Shown here in pieces: positions 39,885 to 49,370 of a DNA stretch of 64,000 bases. Position 1 is the stretch's first letter. The number at the start of each line of letters is the position of its first letter. A model generated the notes under the pieces. That model worked only from the letters and a program-made list of their open reading frames with translations, was not told where the DNA came from and ran no database searches. The stretch spans positions 3,036,281-3,100,280 of the forward strand of contig CBDHGI010000006.1 in NCBI GenBank assembly GCA_965263075.1. The letters are read 5' to 3'. The position numbers were made by a program, and so were the translations under genes. The DNA is from Chloroflexota bacterium. Its GTDB lineage: Bacteria > Chloroflexota > UBA11872.

Positions 39885-41123
39885 CTACCTGTGCGTGGCG
39901 GTTGACGCTTCACTCGCGCCGTGTCGCATGATCCAGAGACCCCACGCGGCTGCGGCAAGGGATATGCCCGCAAGCAACGCGCCCACCACGCCGAACCCGG
40001 CGGTCTCCAGAATTAAGCCGATAAGCGGAGTCAGTCCCAACCCCACGCCGTCCACCAGGAACTGGGTGATGCCCATCGCCTGACCCAGGCGCTGCGGCGG
40101 CGCTCGCTCGGTCAACATGATGATCACAATTGGCGAGCTGACGCCGGTGAACGTATAGGCGACGACTAGCGCCGCGAAGACCGGCAGACCTGCGGGGGCG
40201 TACATCATCAGCGTGCCGACCGCCCCGATGATCGTGGCGATCAGCAACGATGATGTCAGACCGAACCGGTTCACAAAGGCGCCGCTGACGTAAGTAAGGG
40301 CCGCCCGGCCCCCAAGCGCCAGCCCCATGAGGATGCCAATACCGCCCGGGTCCAGCTTCAACGCCTCGCTGCCGTAGAAAGGGATCACGAATCCCCGTGT
40401 GGTGTTGTTCCATCCCCAGAGCAAGACGGCCAGAACCGAGACTTCCAGCACAACCCGTCCAATGCCAAGCGCCGGCCGCCGGGCGCGTGAGGGGGCTGGT
40501 GCCTCGCGCGCGGACGACTCGCGCGCCGGAGAAGCTAGGGCCCGCACGGACGCCACGCTCGCGGCCGTGGCCACGGCCAGTACCGCCACGAGCAGAAACG
40601 CCGCCCGCCAGCCCAGCAGGCTGGCGGCCGCGCCCGCCGCAATTGGCGCCACAAAGGCGCCGAACATGCCCCCCGACATCACCCGCGCGATGTTGCGCCG
40701 GCGGTCCTCCGCCCCGCTGCGGCGTGCCAGGTGCACCTGACCGCCCGGTCCGACCAGGCCGGTGCCCGCGCCGCTGGCCACGATGCCCACGGCAAAGATC
40801 CACTCGTTTGGCGCGGCGGCGGTGACCAACGAAGCCAGGCCGGTAGCCAGCAGGCCCAGCGGCAGAAGGCGCCGGGGCGACACGCGGTCGGCCAGCGGCG
40901 CCAGCACCAGCATGAATACTCCGCGCCCCATGCCTTGCGCGGCCACCAGCAGCGCGATCGATGCGGGAGTGAGGCCGAACTCGCGGCGGACTTCCCCAAG
41001 CACGGGCCCCATGGCCGCCATGGAGAACAGCATCATGGCGTATGCGATCCAGAGTGCCACCAAGTCCGAGTTGGCTCTCGCGGAGCGAATACGTGGTCTG
41101 AGGAGCGAACCGATCGACGGCAT
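39885..41123 (-). CDS. MFS transporter
   Basis: 412 aa with about 12 hydrophobic segments and the loop motif GPLADRVSPRR (MFS motif A-like). Confidence 0.85.
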   Translation of the reverse strand: MPSIGSLLRPRIRSARANSDLVALWIAYAMMLFSMAAMGPVLGEVRREFGLTPASIALLVAAQGMGRGVFMLVLAPLADRVSPRRLLPLGLLATGLASLVTAAAPNEWIFAVGIVASGAGTGLVGPGGQVHLARRSGAEDRRRNIARVMSGGMFGAFVAPIAAGAAASLLGWRAAFLLVAVLAVATAASVASVRALASPARESSAREAPAPSRARRPALGIGRVVLEVSVLAVLLWGWNNTTRGFVIPFYGSEALKLDPGGIGILMGLALGGRAALTYVSGAFVNRFGLTSSLLIATIIGAVGTLMMYAPAGLPVFAALVVAYTFTGVSSPIVIIMLTERAPPQRLGQAMGITQFLVDGVGLGLTPLIGLILETAGFGVVGALLAGISLAAAAWGLWIMRHGASEASTATHR

Positions 41124-41333
41124 CAGCGTGCGGCGGTCGCTCCCCGGCGCGGAATTGCCGAGAGTCTAGTCGGGCGGCGCTTCGGGCCAATGCAGGAGAT
41201 CATCCGGGGCTTCAATTCCGGGTTTCGACAGACTGCATCTGCACGGACTCTGAGAAGGCGGCCGCCGAAGAAGCGCCAGCAGGTCGCATCGGCGGACCAT
41301 AAAGGCACAACTCACGAGGGGCCGCGCCTCCTG

Positions 41334-41804
41334 CTACGACTCGCTGTGCTGTAGCTCCACCCGCTGGCCGCCGGACGTGGCGTGCTCGTCCAGGCCCAGC
41401 TTCAGTGTGTTCCAGCTCAGCACGGCGCACTTGATCCGAACCGGGAATTTGCGCACGCCCTCCAGCGCCACCCCGTCGCCCAGCAGCGCATCGTCCGGCG
41501 CGTCGCCTTCCAGCATCATGCCGCGGAAGCCCGCAATCACCGTGTGTACGTCAGGCAGCGGTTTGCCGGTCACCGCCGCCGTCATGATTGAAGCGGAGGA
41601 CTGGCTGATCGAGCAGCCGTGGCCGTCGAACGACGCCCCGGTTACCACGCCGGCATCGTCGATGGTGAGCCAGAGCTTGATCTCGTCGCCGCAAAGCGGG
41701 TTGACGCCTTCCACGATCACATTGGCGTCGTCCAGCGAACCGCGGTTCCGCGGGCGCCGGTAGTGATCCATGATGACGTCGCGGTAGAGGTCCTCAAGCG
41801 TCAT
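41334..41804 (-). CDS. sufU: SUF system Fe-S cluster scaffold, SufU/NifU-like
   Basis: LYRDVIMDHYRRPRNRG..NPLCGDEIKL..GCSISQSSASIM. Confidence 0.9.
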   Translation of the reverse strand: MTLEDLYRDVIMDHYRRPRNRGSLDDANVIVEGVNPLCGDEIKLWLTIDDAGVVTGASFDGHGCSISQSSASIMTAAVTGKPLPDVHTVIAGFRGMMLEGDAPDDALLGDGVALEGVRKFPVRIKCAVLSWNTLKLGLDEHATSGGQRVELQHSES

Positions 41805-43050
41805 CGAAAAACGCTTTCGCGCGGGTGATGCCCTCCGCCAGGCAGTCCACCTCGGCGGCCGTGTTGTAGAGATACATGCTGGCGCGCACGGTGGCCGCGA
41901 CGCCGAGCTTGCGCATCAGAGGTTGGGCGCAGTGGTGCCCCGCGCGTACGGCAATGCCTTCGGCGTCCAGCAGCGTTCCCACGTCGTGGGGATGGACGTC
42001 GCCCACGCAGAACGAGATGACGCCGCCGCGCTCCTGGGCGTCCGGCGGGCCGAAGACGCGCACGTCCTCCAGGTCGCTCAGTTGCGCCAGCGCGTATGCC
42101 GTGAGTTCGTGCTCGTGCGCCGACACATTCGGCATACCGACCGTCTGCAGATAGTCGACGGCCGCGCCCAGGCCAATGGCCCCCGCGATGTTTGGCGTGC
42201 CGCCTTCCAGCTTGTCCGGCAGCCCCGTCCAACTCGATTGGTGCAGTTCGACCACGCGGATCATGCTTCCGCCGCCGAAGAGCGGTTCCATCGCGTCCAG
42301 CAGCGTCTCCCGGCCGTAGAGGGCGCCGATGCCCGTGGGTCCCAGCATCTTGTGACCCGAGAACGCCACGAAGTCGGCGTCCAGCGCCTGCACGTCCACC
42401 GGCACGTGCGGGATCGACTGCGCGGCGTCCAGCATCACAGGCACGCCGTGCGCGTGCGCGATACCTATCAGGTCCGAGGCCGGTGTGATCGTGCCCAACA
42501 CGTTGGACATGTGCGTGACCGTCACCAGCCGCGTCCGCGGCCCAAACATCCGCGCGTAGGTCTCCAGATCGATCCGCCCTTCGGCGTCGATCGGGATGTA
42601 GCGCAGCGCGGCGTCGCGCCGTTGTGCCAGCATCTGCCAGGGCACCAGGTTGCTGTGGTGCTCCATCTCGGTCAGCAGAATCTCGTCGCCCTCGGCGATA
42701 TTCGCGTCGCCCCAGGACCGGGCGACCAGGTTGATCGCCTCGGTGGTGCCTCGCGTAAAGATCACTTCGTGCGGGTGGGCGGCGTTGATGAAGCGCGCCA
42801 CGCCTACCCGCGCGGCCTCGTATTCAGCGGTGGCGCGTTCGCTCAGCGCGTGCAGGCCGCGGTGGATGTTGGCGTTGTAGGTTTCGTAGTACGTCCGCAG
42901 CGCGTCGATCACGACTCGCGGTTTCTGCGATGTGGCGGCGTTGTCCAGATACACGAGCGGTCGCTCGTGGACCAGTTCGGCCAGAATCGGGAAGTCCGCG
43001 CGAATCGCGGCGGGATCCAGCCCGGCGGCGGTGGATGTCTGGACAGCCAT
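41794..43050 (-). CDS. sufS: cysteine desulfurase, SufS family
   Basis: VYLDNAATSQKP..., PLP lysine context FSGHKMLGPTGIG, and active-site RAGHHCAQP. Confidence 0.95.
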   Translation of the reverse strand: MAVQTSTAAGLDPAAIRADFPILAELVHERPLVYLDNAATSQKPRVVIDALRTYYETYNANIHRGLHALSERATAEYEAARVGVARFINAAHPHEVIFTRGTTEAINLVARSWGDANIAEGDEILLTEMEHHSNLVPWQMLAQRRDAALRYIPIDAEGRIDLETYARMFGPRTRLVTVTHMSNVLGTITPASDLIGIAHAHGVPVMLDAAQSIPHVPVDVQALDADFVAFSGHKMLGPTGIGALYGRETLLDAMEPLFGGGSMIRVVELHQSSWTGLPDKLEGGTPNIAGAIGLGAAVDYLQTVGMPNVSAHEHELTAYALAQLSDLEDVRVFGPPDAQERGGVISFCVGDVHPHDVGTLLDAEGIAVRAGHHCAQPLMRKLGVAATVRASMYLYNTAAEVDCLAEGITRAKAFFDDA

Positions 43051-43055
43051 GCGCC

Positions 43056-43376
43056 CTAATTATCGACCAGGATCAGGACGCGCCCATCTTCAATTCTGGC
43101 CTCGTATGTCGCCACCGAACGGATCGCGGGCAGCGTGCGCGGCCGCCCCGTGGTCAGGTCAAACGTCGAGGTGTGCCGGGGACAGCGAATCAACCGGCGC
43201 GCCGGATCGAAGTCACCCTCCGTCAGCCACGCCTGGTCGTGACTGCATAAGTCGTCCATGGCGTACAAGTCGCCGTCGACGTTGTACACGCCGATCCGGC
43301 GCTCGCCCACCATGACCTGCCGCGCCATCCCCGGCGGGATGTCGGCGGCGGCCGCGACATCGACGAACTCTGGCAT
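43056..43376 (-). CDS. Rieske (2Fe-2S) ferredoxin-like protein
   Basis: 106 aa with CSHDQAWL ... CPRHTSTF, the CxH...CxxH Rieske ligands. Confidence 0.85.
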   Translation of the reverse strand: MPEFVDVAAAADIPPGMARQVMVGERRIGVYNVDGDLYAMDDLCSHDQAWLTEGDFDPARRLIRCPRHTSTFDLTTGRPRTLPAIRSVATYEARIEDGRVLILVDN

Positions 43377-44668
43377 CAGGTCGTGGCGGAGGCGCGTAGC
43401 TTGGCCCGCACGGCGGTGCGGACAGCCGCGCGGACATCGTCGTTTGGAATCCGGTCCAGCACCGGCTCGAACGTTCCGTCCACAATCAGCGAGCGCGCCT
43501 GGTCGCGGTCCAGCCCGCGCGAGCCCAGGTAATACATGTGCATGGGATCGATGGTGGACGTCGTCGAGCCGTGCGTGCAGCGCACATCATCCGCCATGAT
43601 TTCGAGCCGTGGAATCGAGTCCGCACGCGGCCCGTGGCGCAGCATGAGATTCCGATTTCGCTGGTAGGCATTCGAGCGCTGGGCATGCGGCTGCACCATG
43701 ATGGTTCCGGCGTAGACCGAGCGCGCCGTGCCGTCGAGCACGTTGACGTACATCAGGTCGCTCACGGCGTCTGTCGTGCGGTGGTCTTGCAGCGTGTGGT
43801 GGTCGGAGAATTGCTGTCCAGCCAGATAGGCCAGACCATTCAGGCGTGCGTTGGACCCCGGACCCGTCAAGGTGGCCGTGATCGCGCCCTTATGAAACCT
43901 GCCGCCCAGCGTCACGTTGGTCGTGACCAGGGCGGCGTCCCGCTCCACCCGGGCGTGCTGCGAGAGAAAGCCGCCGGCGTTGGCATCCCATGCCTGCACG
44001 TGCGTGTAGCTAAGCCTGGCGTTGGTATCGACGAACAACTCGACGCAGCCGTTGGCGAAACCCGGTGGCGCCGCGGGGCTTGAACGCCACCACTCCAGCA
44101 CATCGGCAGCCGATCCGGCGCCAGCGTCGATCAGCGTGCGCGGGAAGATTGGCGTGCCGGCCGCATCCACGAGGATCACGATTGGCGCGCTGAGTTCCAC
44201 GCCGGCAGGAAGCTGCACGAACGCCCCGCCGGCCCAGAGCGCCGTGTTGAGCGCCTGCAGCTTGCCCGCGTCTGGTGTGGCCAGTTCCGTACCCAGGCGC
44301 TCGGCAAGTACCGCGGTGTCGTTCCCGGCCGCCGCGGTCAGGCTGCCAACGGTCACGCCCGCGGCTCGGGCTTCGGGCGATGTGTGGAGCACCTCCACCG
44401 CAGTTCCGCGCTGCCGCAGCAGCACGCTGGCGTCTGGAAATTCGTCGGGCAGGTCGACACTGGCCGGGACGGCTCCGTTGGCCGTCGGCGCCATGGCGGC
44501 CCAGTCCACCCAGCTTGTGTCGGTTCGCCGCCATTCCTCGTCGCTCCAGATCGGGGCAGGCGTAGCCTGGTAGGCGCGCCACGCCGCCGCGCGGCGGTGG
44601 CGCAGCCAAGCGGGCTCGTCGCGCACCGCGGAGAGGTCGGCAATTGCGTCTGGTGTGGTGGGTGTCAT
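43376..44668 (-). CDS. sufD: Fe-S cluster assembly protein SufD
   Basis: Position between sufB and sufS, with the beta-helix core ..RSNAYQRNRNLML..RLEIMADDVRCTHGSTT... ATG 44668 is preferred over the track start 44728. Confidence 0.85.
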   Translation of the reverse strand: MTPTTPDAIADLSAVRDEPAWLRHRRAAAWRAYQATPAPIWSDEEWRRTDTSWVDWAAMAPTANGAVPASVDLPDEFPDASVLLRQRGTAVEVLHTSPEARAAGVTVGSLTAAAGNDTAVLAERLGTELATPDAGKLQALNTALWAGGAFVQLPAGVELSAPIVILVDAAGTPIFPRTLIDAGAGSAADVLEWWRSSPAAPPGFANGCVELFVDTNARLSYTHVQAWDANAGGFLSQHARVERDAALVTTNVTLGGRFHKGAITATLTGPGSNARLNGLAYLAGQQFSDHHTLQDHRTTDAVSDLMYVNVLDGTARSVYAGTIMVQPHAQRSNAYQRNRNLMLRHGPRADSIPRLEIMADDVRCTHGSTTSTIDPMHMYYLGSRGLDRDQARSLIVDGTFEPVLDRIPNDDVRAAVRTAVRAKLRASATT

Positions 44669-44743
44669 AAACGTGCGCGAGGCGGCCTCAACCCAGGAGG
44701 GGCGGTCCGCGCCCACGCGTCCTGGCAATCCTGGTCGATAGCG

Positions 44744-46150
44744 CTAGCCGATCGAGCCTTCCATCTGGAGCTCGATAAGGCGGTTCATTTCTACCGCGTA
44801 TTCCATCGGCAGTTCCTTGACGATCGGCTCGATGAAACCGCCCACGATCATTGCCATCGCCTGCTCCGCCGTGAGCCCGCGGCTCATCAGATAGAAAAGC
44901 TGCTGGTCGCTGACCTTGCTCACGGTCGCCTCGTGCTGGATGGCAACGTCACTCTCTTCGATGTCCATGTAGGGATAGGTGTCGGATCGTGAGCGATCGT
45001 CGATCAGCAGCGCGTCGCATTCCACGTTCGAGCGGCTGCGGACGGCATCCGGCAGCACCTGTACGTAGCCCCGATAGGCGGTGCGGCCACCCTTGCGGCT
45101 GATCGACTTCGAAGTAATCAGCGACGACGTATCGGGCGCGGCATGCACCATCTTTGCGCCGGCGTCCTGATGCTGGTCTTCGCCGGCAAACGCGATCGAC
45201 AGCACTTCGCCGTGCGCGCCCGGCTCCATCAGGTACACGGCCGGATACTTCATCGTCACTTTGCTGCCCAGGTTGCCGTCCACCCATTCCATCGTGGCGT
45301 CGCGGTAGGCCATGGCGCGCTTGGTCACCAGGTTGAACACGTCGGTGGACCAATTCTGAATCGTGGTGTAGCGGCAGCGCCCGCCTTCCTTGACGATGAT
45401 CTCCACAACCGCCGAATGCAGGGAATCGGTGGCGTAGACCGGAGCGGTGCAGCCCTCAACGTAGTGCACGTAGGCGCCCGGCTCCACGATGATCAACGTG
45501 CGCTCAAACTGCCCCATGTTCTCGGCGTTGATACGGAAGTACGCCTGCAGCGGAATATCCACTCGCACCCCGGCGGGCACGTACACGAAGCTGCCGCCGC
45601 TCCAGACCGCGCTGTTCAGCGCCGCGAACTTGTTGTCGCCGTTCGGAATGACCGTGCTGAAGTACTCCCGCACGAGCTCCTCGTGCTCGCGCAGCCCGGA
45701 GTCCATGTCCAGGAAAATGACGCCCTGCTCCTCCAAATCCCCGCGGATACTGTGGTACACGACCTCGGAGTCGTACTGCGCGCCCACGCCGGCCAGGAAC
45801 TTGCGTTCGGCCTGGGGGATGCCCAGCTTGTCGAAGGTGGACTTGATGTCGGCAGGCACGTCATCCCATGAACGGGCCTGCCGGTCCTGCGGGCGGATGT
45901 AGTAGTGGATGTCGTCGAAATCGATGCGTGAGAGGTCGGCGCCCCAGGTGGGCATCGGCTTGCGATGGAACTGACCCAGCGCCTCCAGCCGAAACTCCAG
46001 CATCCACGCCGGCTCGTCCTTTTGACGAGAGATTTCCCGCACCACGCTCTCGCTCAGGCCCTTCGGTGACGTGTAGACGGGCTTGAGATCGTCGTGGAAC
46101 CCAAACTTGTAGTTGTCGAGTCCGACCTGATCGATGTCTTTGACAGCCAT
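44744..46150 (-). CDS. sufB: Fe-S cluster assembly protein SufB
   Basis: ..YKFGFHDD...[59 protein letters not shown].. Confidence 0.97.
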   Translation of the reverse strand: MAVKDIDQVGLDNYKFGFHDDLKPVYTSPKGLSESVVREISRQKDEPAWMLEFRLEALGQFHRKPMPTWGADLSRIDFDDIHYYIRPQDRQARSWDDVPADIKSTFDKLGIPQAERKFLAGVGAQYDSEVVYHSIRGDLEEQGVIFLDMDSGLREHEELVREYFSTVIPNGDNKFAALNSAVWSGGSFVYVPAGVRVDIPLQAYFRINAENMGQFERTLIIVEPGAYVHYVEGCTAPVYATDSLHSAVVEIIVKEGGRCRYTTIQNWSTDVFNLVTKRAMAYRDATMEWVDGNLGSKVTMKYPAVYLMEPGAHGEVLSIAFAGEDQHQDAGAKMVHAAPDTSSLITSKSISRKGGRTAYRGYVQVLPDAVRSRSNVECDALLIDDRSRSDTYPYMDIEESDVAIQHEATVSKVSDQQLFYLMSRGLTAEQAMAMIVGGFIEPIVKELPMEYAVEMNRLIELQMEGSIG

Positions 46151-46152
46151 GG

Positions 46153-46926
46153 TTATGTGTCCTCGCCCGCTACGGTGGCGCTGTACCGCTCGTAACCCTC
46201 GGCCTCCAGCCGTTCGGCCAAGTGCTTGCCGCCCGACTCGACCACGCGGCCGTCAATCAGGACGTGCACTCGGTCGGGCACGATGTAGCTCAGCAGCCGT
46301 TGGTAGTGGGTGATGATTAGCACTCCGAGTTCTGGGCCGCGCAACTGGTTCACGCCATCGGAGACGATCCGTAGCGCATCGATGTCGAGGCCCGAGTCCG
46401 TCTCGTCAAGTATCGCAAGTTCCGGCTCGAGCACCGCAAGTTGCAAGATCTCGTTTCGCTTCTTCTCACCGCCGGAGAACCCCTCGTTCAGGTAGCGCGC
46501 GGCGAACTTGGGGTCCATGCGCAGCATCCGCATCTTGTCCATCAGTCGCCGCCGGAACTCCATGACCGGGATTTCAACCTCACGGCGCGCGTTCAGCGCC
46601 ATGCGCAAGAAGCTGGCGACCCGGACCCCCGGGATTTCGGCGGGATACTGAAACGCCAGGAACAATCCCAGGCGTGCGCGCTCGTCGGTGGCAAGGGCCA
46701 GCACGTCCTGTCCCTTGAAGCGCACCTGGCCCGCAGTCACTTCGTAGGCGGGGTGGCCCATCAGGGCGTTGGCCAGCGTGCTCTTGCCGGAACCGTTGGG
46801 GCCCATGAGGGCGTGAACCTCGCCGGCGGGAACGTCCAGGGTCACGCCGCGCAAGATTTCGGCGTCTTCGACGGATACGTGCAGGTCGCGAATCGAGAGG
46901 GTGGTTTGGCCGTTGGTGGCTGGCAT
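46153..46926 (-). CDS. sufC: Fe-S cluster assembly ATPase SufC
   Basis: [69 protein letters not shown] 46926 is preferred. Confidence 0.95.
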   Translation of the reverse strand: MPATNGQTTLSIRDLHVSVEDAEILRGVTLDVPAGEVHALMGPNGSGKSTLANALMGHPAYEVTAGQVRFKGQDVLALATDERARLGLFLAFQYPAEIPGVRVASFLRMALNARREVEIPVMEFRRRLMDKMRMLRMDPKFAARYLNEGFSGGEKKRNEILQLAVLEPELAILDETDSGLDIDALRIVSDGVNQLRGPELGVLIITHYQRLLSYIVPDRVHVLIDGRVVESGGKHLAERLEAEGYERYSATVAGEDT

Positions 46927-47177
46927 TCGCGTGCTGAACGTCTCCTGGTGCTGGTCGCCAAGACACACGGTCACGGCGACTCGGTAAACGGTGCGCGCCA
47001 GACTCCTAGCCGGGTCCGGCGTCTCTCTCCAAACCTAGCATCGGCGCCCCGCGCGGCCAAGTTTACGCGGGTTTGTCCGGCTAAACCTGCGCCAGGCCGA
47101 CGGACCGCGCGGCAAGTCGTAGGCTTGGGACGGTCAGCACCGGCGTTCCGCCGAACCAGGCGGGCGCTACTCCGAGG

Positions 47178-48320
47178 GTGTCAGCAGCCATGCCGCCAAA
47201 GGTCCGTCGTCCACGCGCCGAATGGCAGGAACAGCTTGCACACGGCGTGCGCGACGTGCGGGCGATTCCCGGGCTGACCGAGGAGCAGTATCAACACCTG
47301 GAAGCGGTCGCCAAGGAATATCCGTTTTTCACCACGCCGTACTACCTGCAGCTCATCGAGACGATGGACGCCAGCGACCCTCTCTACATCCAGCAGATGC
47401 CGGATGCGGTGGAGTTCGAGAATCCCGACTTCCTGGAAGACGACCCGCTGGACGAAGAAGACGACATGCCGGTGCGGCACCTTACGCACCGCTATCCGGA
47501 TCGCGTGTTGTTCGTCGTTACCCACACCTGCGCCATGTACTGCCGGTTCTGCACGCGCAAGCGCAAGGTGGGCAAGAACCCGGTGCCGCCGCCGCACGAG
47601 TTGGAGGCGGTGTTCGACTACATCAGGGCGCATCCGGAGATTCGCGACGTGCTGCTCAGTGGCGGCGACCCACTGACGCTGACGGACAACGCGCTGGAGT
47701 GGATCATCTCGAACCTCTACGAGATTCCGCACGTGGAGCTGATCCGCATGGGAACCAAGATTCCCTGCGTGAACCCTCACCGGATCACCGACGAGCTGTG
47801 CGAGATGCTGGCGCGCTACCAGCCGTTCTACCTGAACACGCACTTCAATCACCCGCGGGAACTCACGCCGGAAGCGCGTGAGGCGTGTGGGCGGCTGGTG
47901 GATCACGGGATTCCGGTTGGCTGCCAGACGGTGTTGCTGCGCGGGGTGAACGACGATCCGGAGACGATGAAGCAGCTGATGCACGAGCTGCTGAAGGCGC
48001 GGGTGAAGCCGTACTACATCTACCAGGCCGACTTGGTGAAGGGGACCAATCACTTTCGGACGTCGGTGCAGAAGGGTCTGGAGATCATGGAGGCGCTGCA
48101 GGGGCACACGACCGGGTTTGGGGTGCCGCAGTACATCATCGACGCGCCGGGCGGGGGCGGGAAGATTCCGGTTTCGCCGGCCCGGATCGTTGAGTTGACC
48201 GACGAGAAGATCGTGCTGCGCAATTACGAGGGCAATGTTTACGAGTATCCGTCGGCCGGCTACGACGCCGAGACGATTCCCGGCGCGGTGCCGGACTACT
48301 TTCCGGCGTTCAACGACTAG
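47178..48320 (+). CDS. kamA: KamA family radical SAM protein (lysine 2,3-aminomutase-like)
   Basis: CAMYCRFCTRKRKVG (CxxxCxxC), ..LLSGGDPL.. and ..YYIYQADLVKGTNHFR.. Confidence 0.85.
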   Translation: MSAAMPPKVRRPRAEWQEQLAHGVRDVRAIPGLTEEQYQHLEAVAKEYPFFTTPYYLQLIETMDASDPLYIQQMPDAVEFENPDFLEDDPLDEEDDMPVRHLTHRYPDRVLFVVTHTCAMYCRFCTRKRKVGKNPVPPPHELEAVFDYIRAHPEIRDVLLSGGDPLTLTDNALEWIISNLYEIPHVELIRMGTKIPCVNPHRITDELCEMLARYQPFYLNTHFNHPRELTPEAREACGRLVDHGIPVGCQTVLLRGVNDDPETMKQLMHELLKARVKPYYIYQADLVKGTNHFRTSVQKGLEIMEALQGHTTGFGVPQYIIDAPGGGGKIPVSPARIVELTDEKIVLRNYEGNVYEYPSAGYDAETIPGAVPDYFPAFND

Positions 48321-48361
48321 CTGACCGACAGCGCCGAGACTCGACGTCCTTCAGGCTGCCC

Positions 48362-49321
48362 CTACTGGTTGTCTGGAGGCGCTTCCTCCGCCTCGAGTAA
48401 GGCGGTGAGTTCGCGCCATTCGGCGGGGGACATGTTGACGTCGTGGGGGGTGACGGGTTCACCGCGGAGGCGGCGGCGGACGACTTCGAGGCCTTTGGCG
48501 GAGAGGTTGGCGCCGCCGACCCGGTAGTCCATGAAGGCGGCATAGGTGAGGGGCGCCCAGCGGCGGACGGTGTCAAGCATGACGGTGGCGTAGGCGCGAA
48601 TTTCGTACTGGGCGTGGGCGTCGCTGCGCAACCAAAGGAAGTGCAGCAGGTTGTGCAGATTCACTTTCCAGTACCACTGGGTGTAGAAGTTGAGCGTCAG
48701 GTTGATACGCGCCAGCTCCCGCGCCAGGCCCTGGCGCGACTCATCGCGCACGTGGCCCTGCACGTCTTCGTTCAACATTTCCTCGTAGTGCTCGTAGGAC
48801 CGTTCGGCGTCGGTGCGCAGTAAGTCGAAGACACGCGCAGCTTCGTCTCCACTGAGGGTCTGGCCGCGGCCCTGGCGGTTGCTGGTGGATTGGGCGGCGA
48901 GGTGTTCGGGGGCAGGGACGTAGAACTCGTTGTCGAGGATCGAGTAGCGGGCCGAGTACTCGTTGACGCTGGCGGTGCGGTGCCGGATCCACTGGCGGGC
49001 GACAAAGATGGGCAGCTTGACGTGGTACTTGATCTCGCACATCTCGAAGGGGGTGGTGTGCGAGTGCCGCATGAGGTAGCGGATGAGACCGGCGTCCTGG
49101 CGGGCGCGCTTGGTGCCGGCCCCATAGGAGACGCGGGCCGCCTGCACGACGGCGCTGTCGCTGCCCATGTAGTCGACCACGCGCACGAAGCCGTGATCCA
49201 GCACGGGCAGGGCCTGATAGAGGATTTCTTCCAGGCCGGCGACGGTCAGGCGTCGGGTCGGCGTCTGGACGGCGCGAAGCGCCTCGATCTCCTGCTGCTC
49301 ATTCGAACCGAGCGGCATCAA
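48362..49321 (-). CDS. thyX: FAD-dependent thymidylate synthase
   Basis: The ThyX motif [14 protein letters not shown] is present, in a long-form (319 aa) enzyme. Confidence 0.9.
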   Translation of the reverse strand: MMPLGSNEQQEIEALRAVQTPTRRLTVAGLEEILYQALPVLDHGFVRVVDYMGSDSAVVQAARVSYGAGTKRARQDAGLIRYLMRHSHTTPFEMCEIKYHVKLPIFVARQWIRHRTASVNEYSARYSILDNEFYVPAPEHLAAQSTSNRQGRGQTLSGDEAARVFDLLRTDAERSYEHYEEMLNEDVQGHVRDESRQGLARELARINLTLNFYTQWYWKVNLHNLLHFLWLRSDAHAQYEIRAYATVMLDTVRRWAPLTYAAFMDYRVGGANLSAKGLEVVRRRLRGEPVTPHDVNMSPAEWRELTALLEAEEAPPDNQ

Positions 49322-49370
49322 GTCACCAAGTCAGGCGCGCGAGCGGCGCGAGTATAGGAGCGGTTTACGT

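Noticed and set aside
39910-41190. 426-aa alternative-frame ORF overlapping the MFS gene
   Set aside because: It is Arg/Gly-rich and non-hydrophobic, on the same strand but in a different frame from a convincing 12-TM MFS frame.
43056-43376. Rieske ferredoxin inside the suf operon as a novelty
   Set aside because: As far as I recall, a small Rieske protein between sufD and sufS is a known, recurrent arrangement in several phyla. It is recorded as a feature only.
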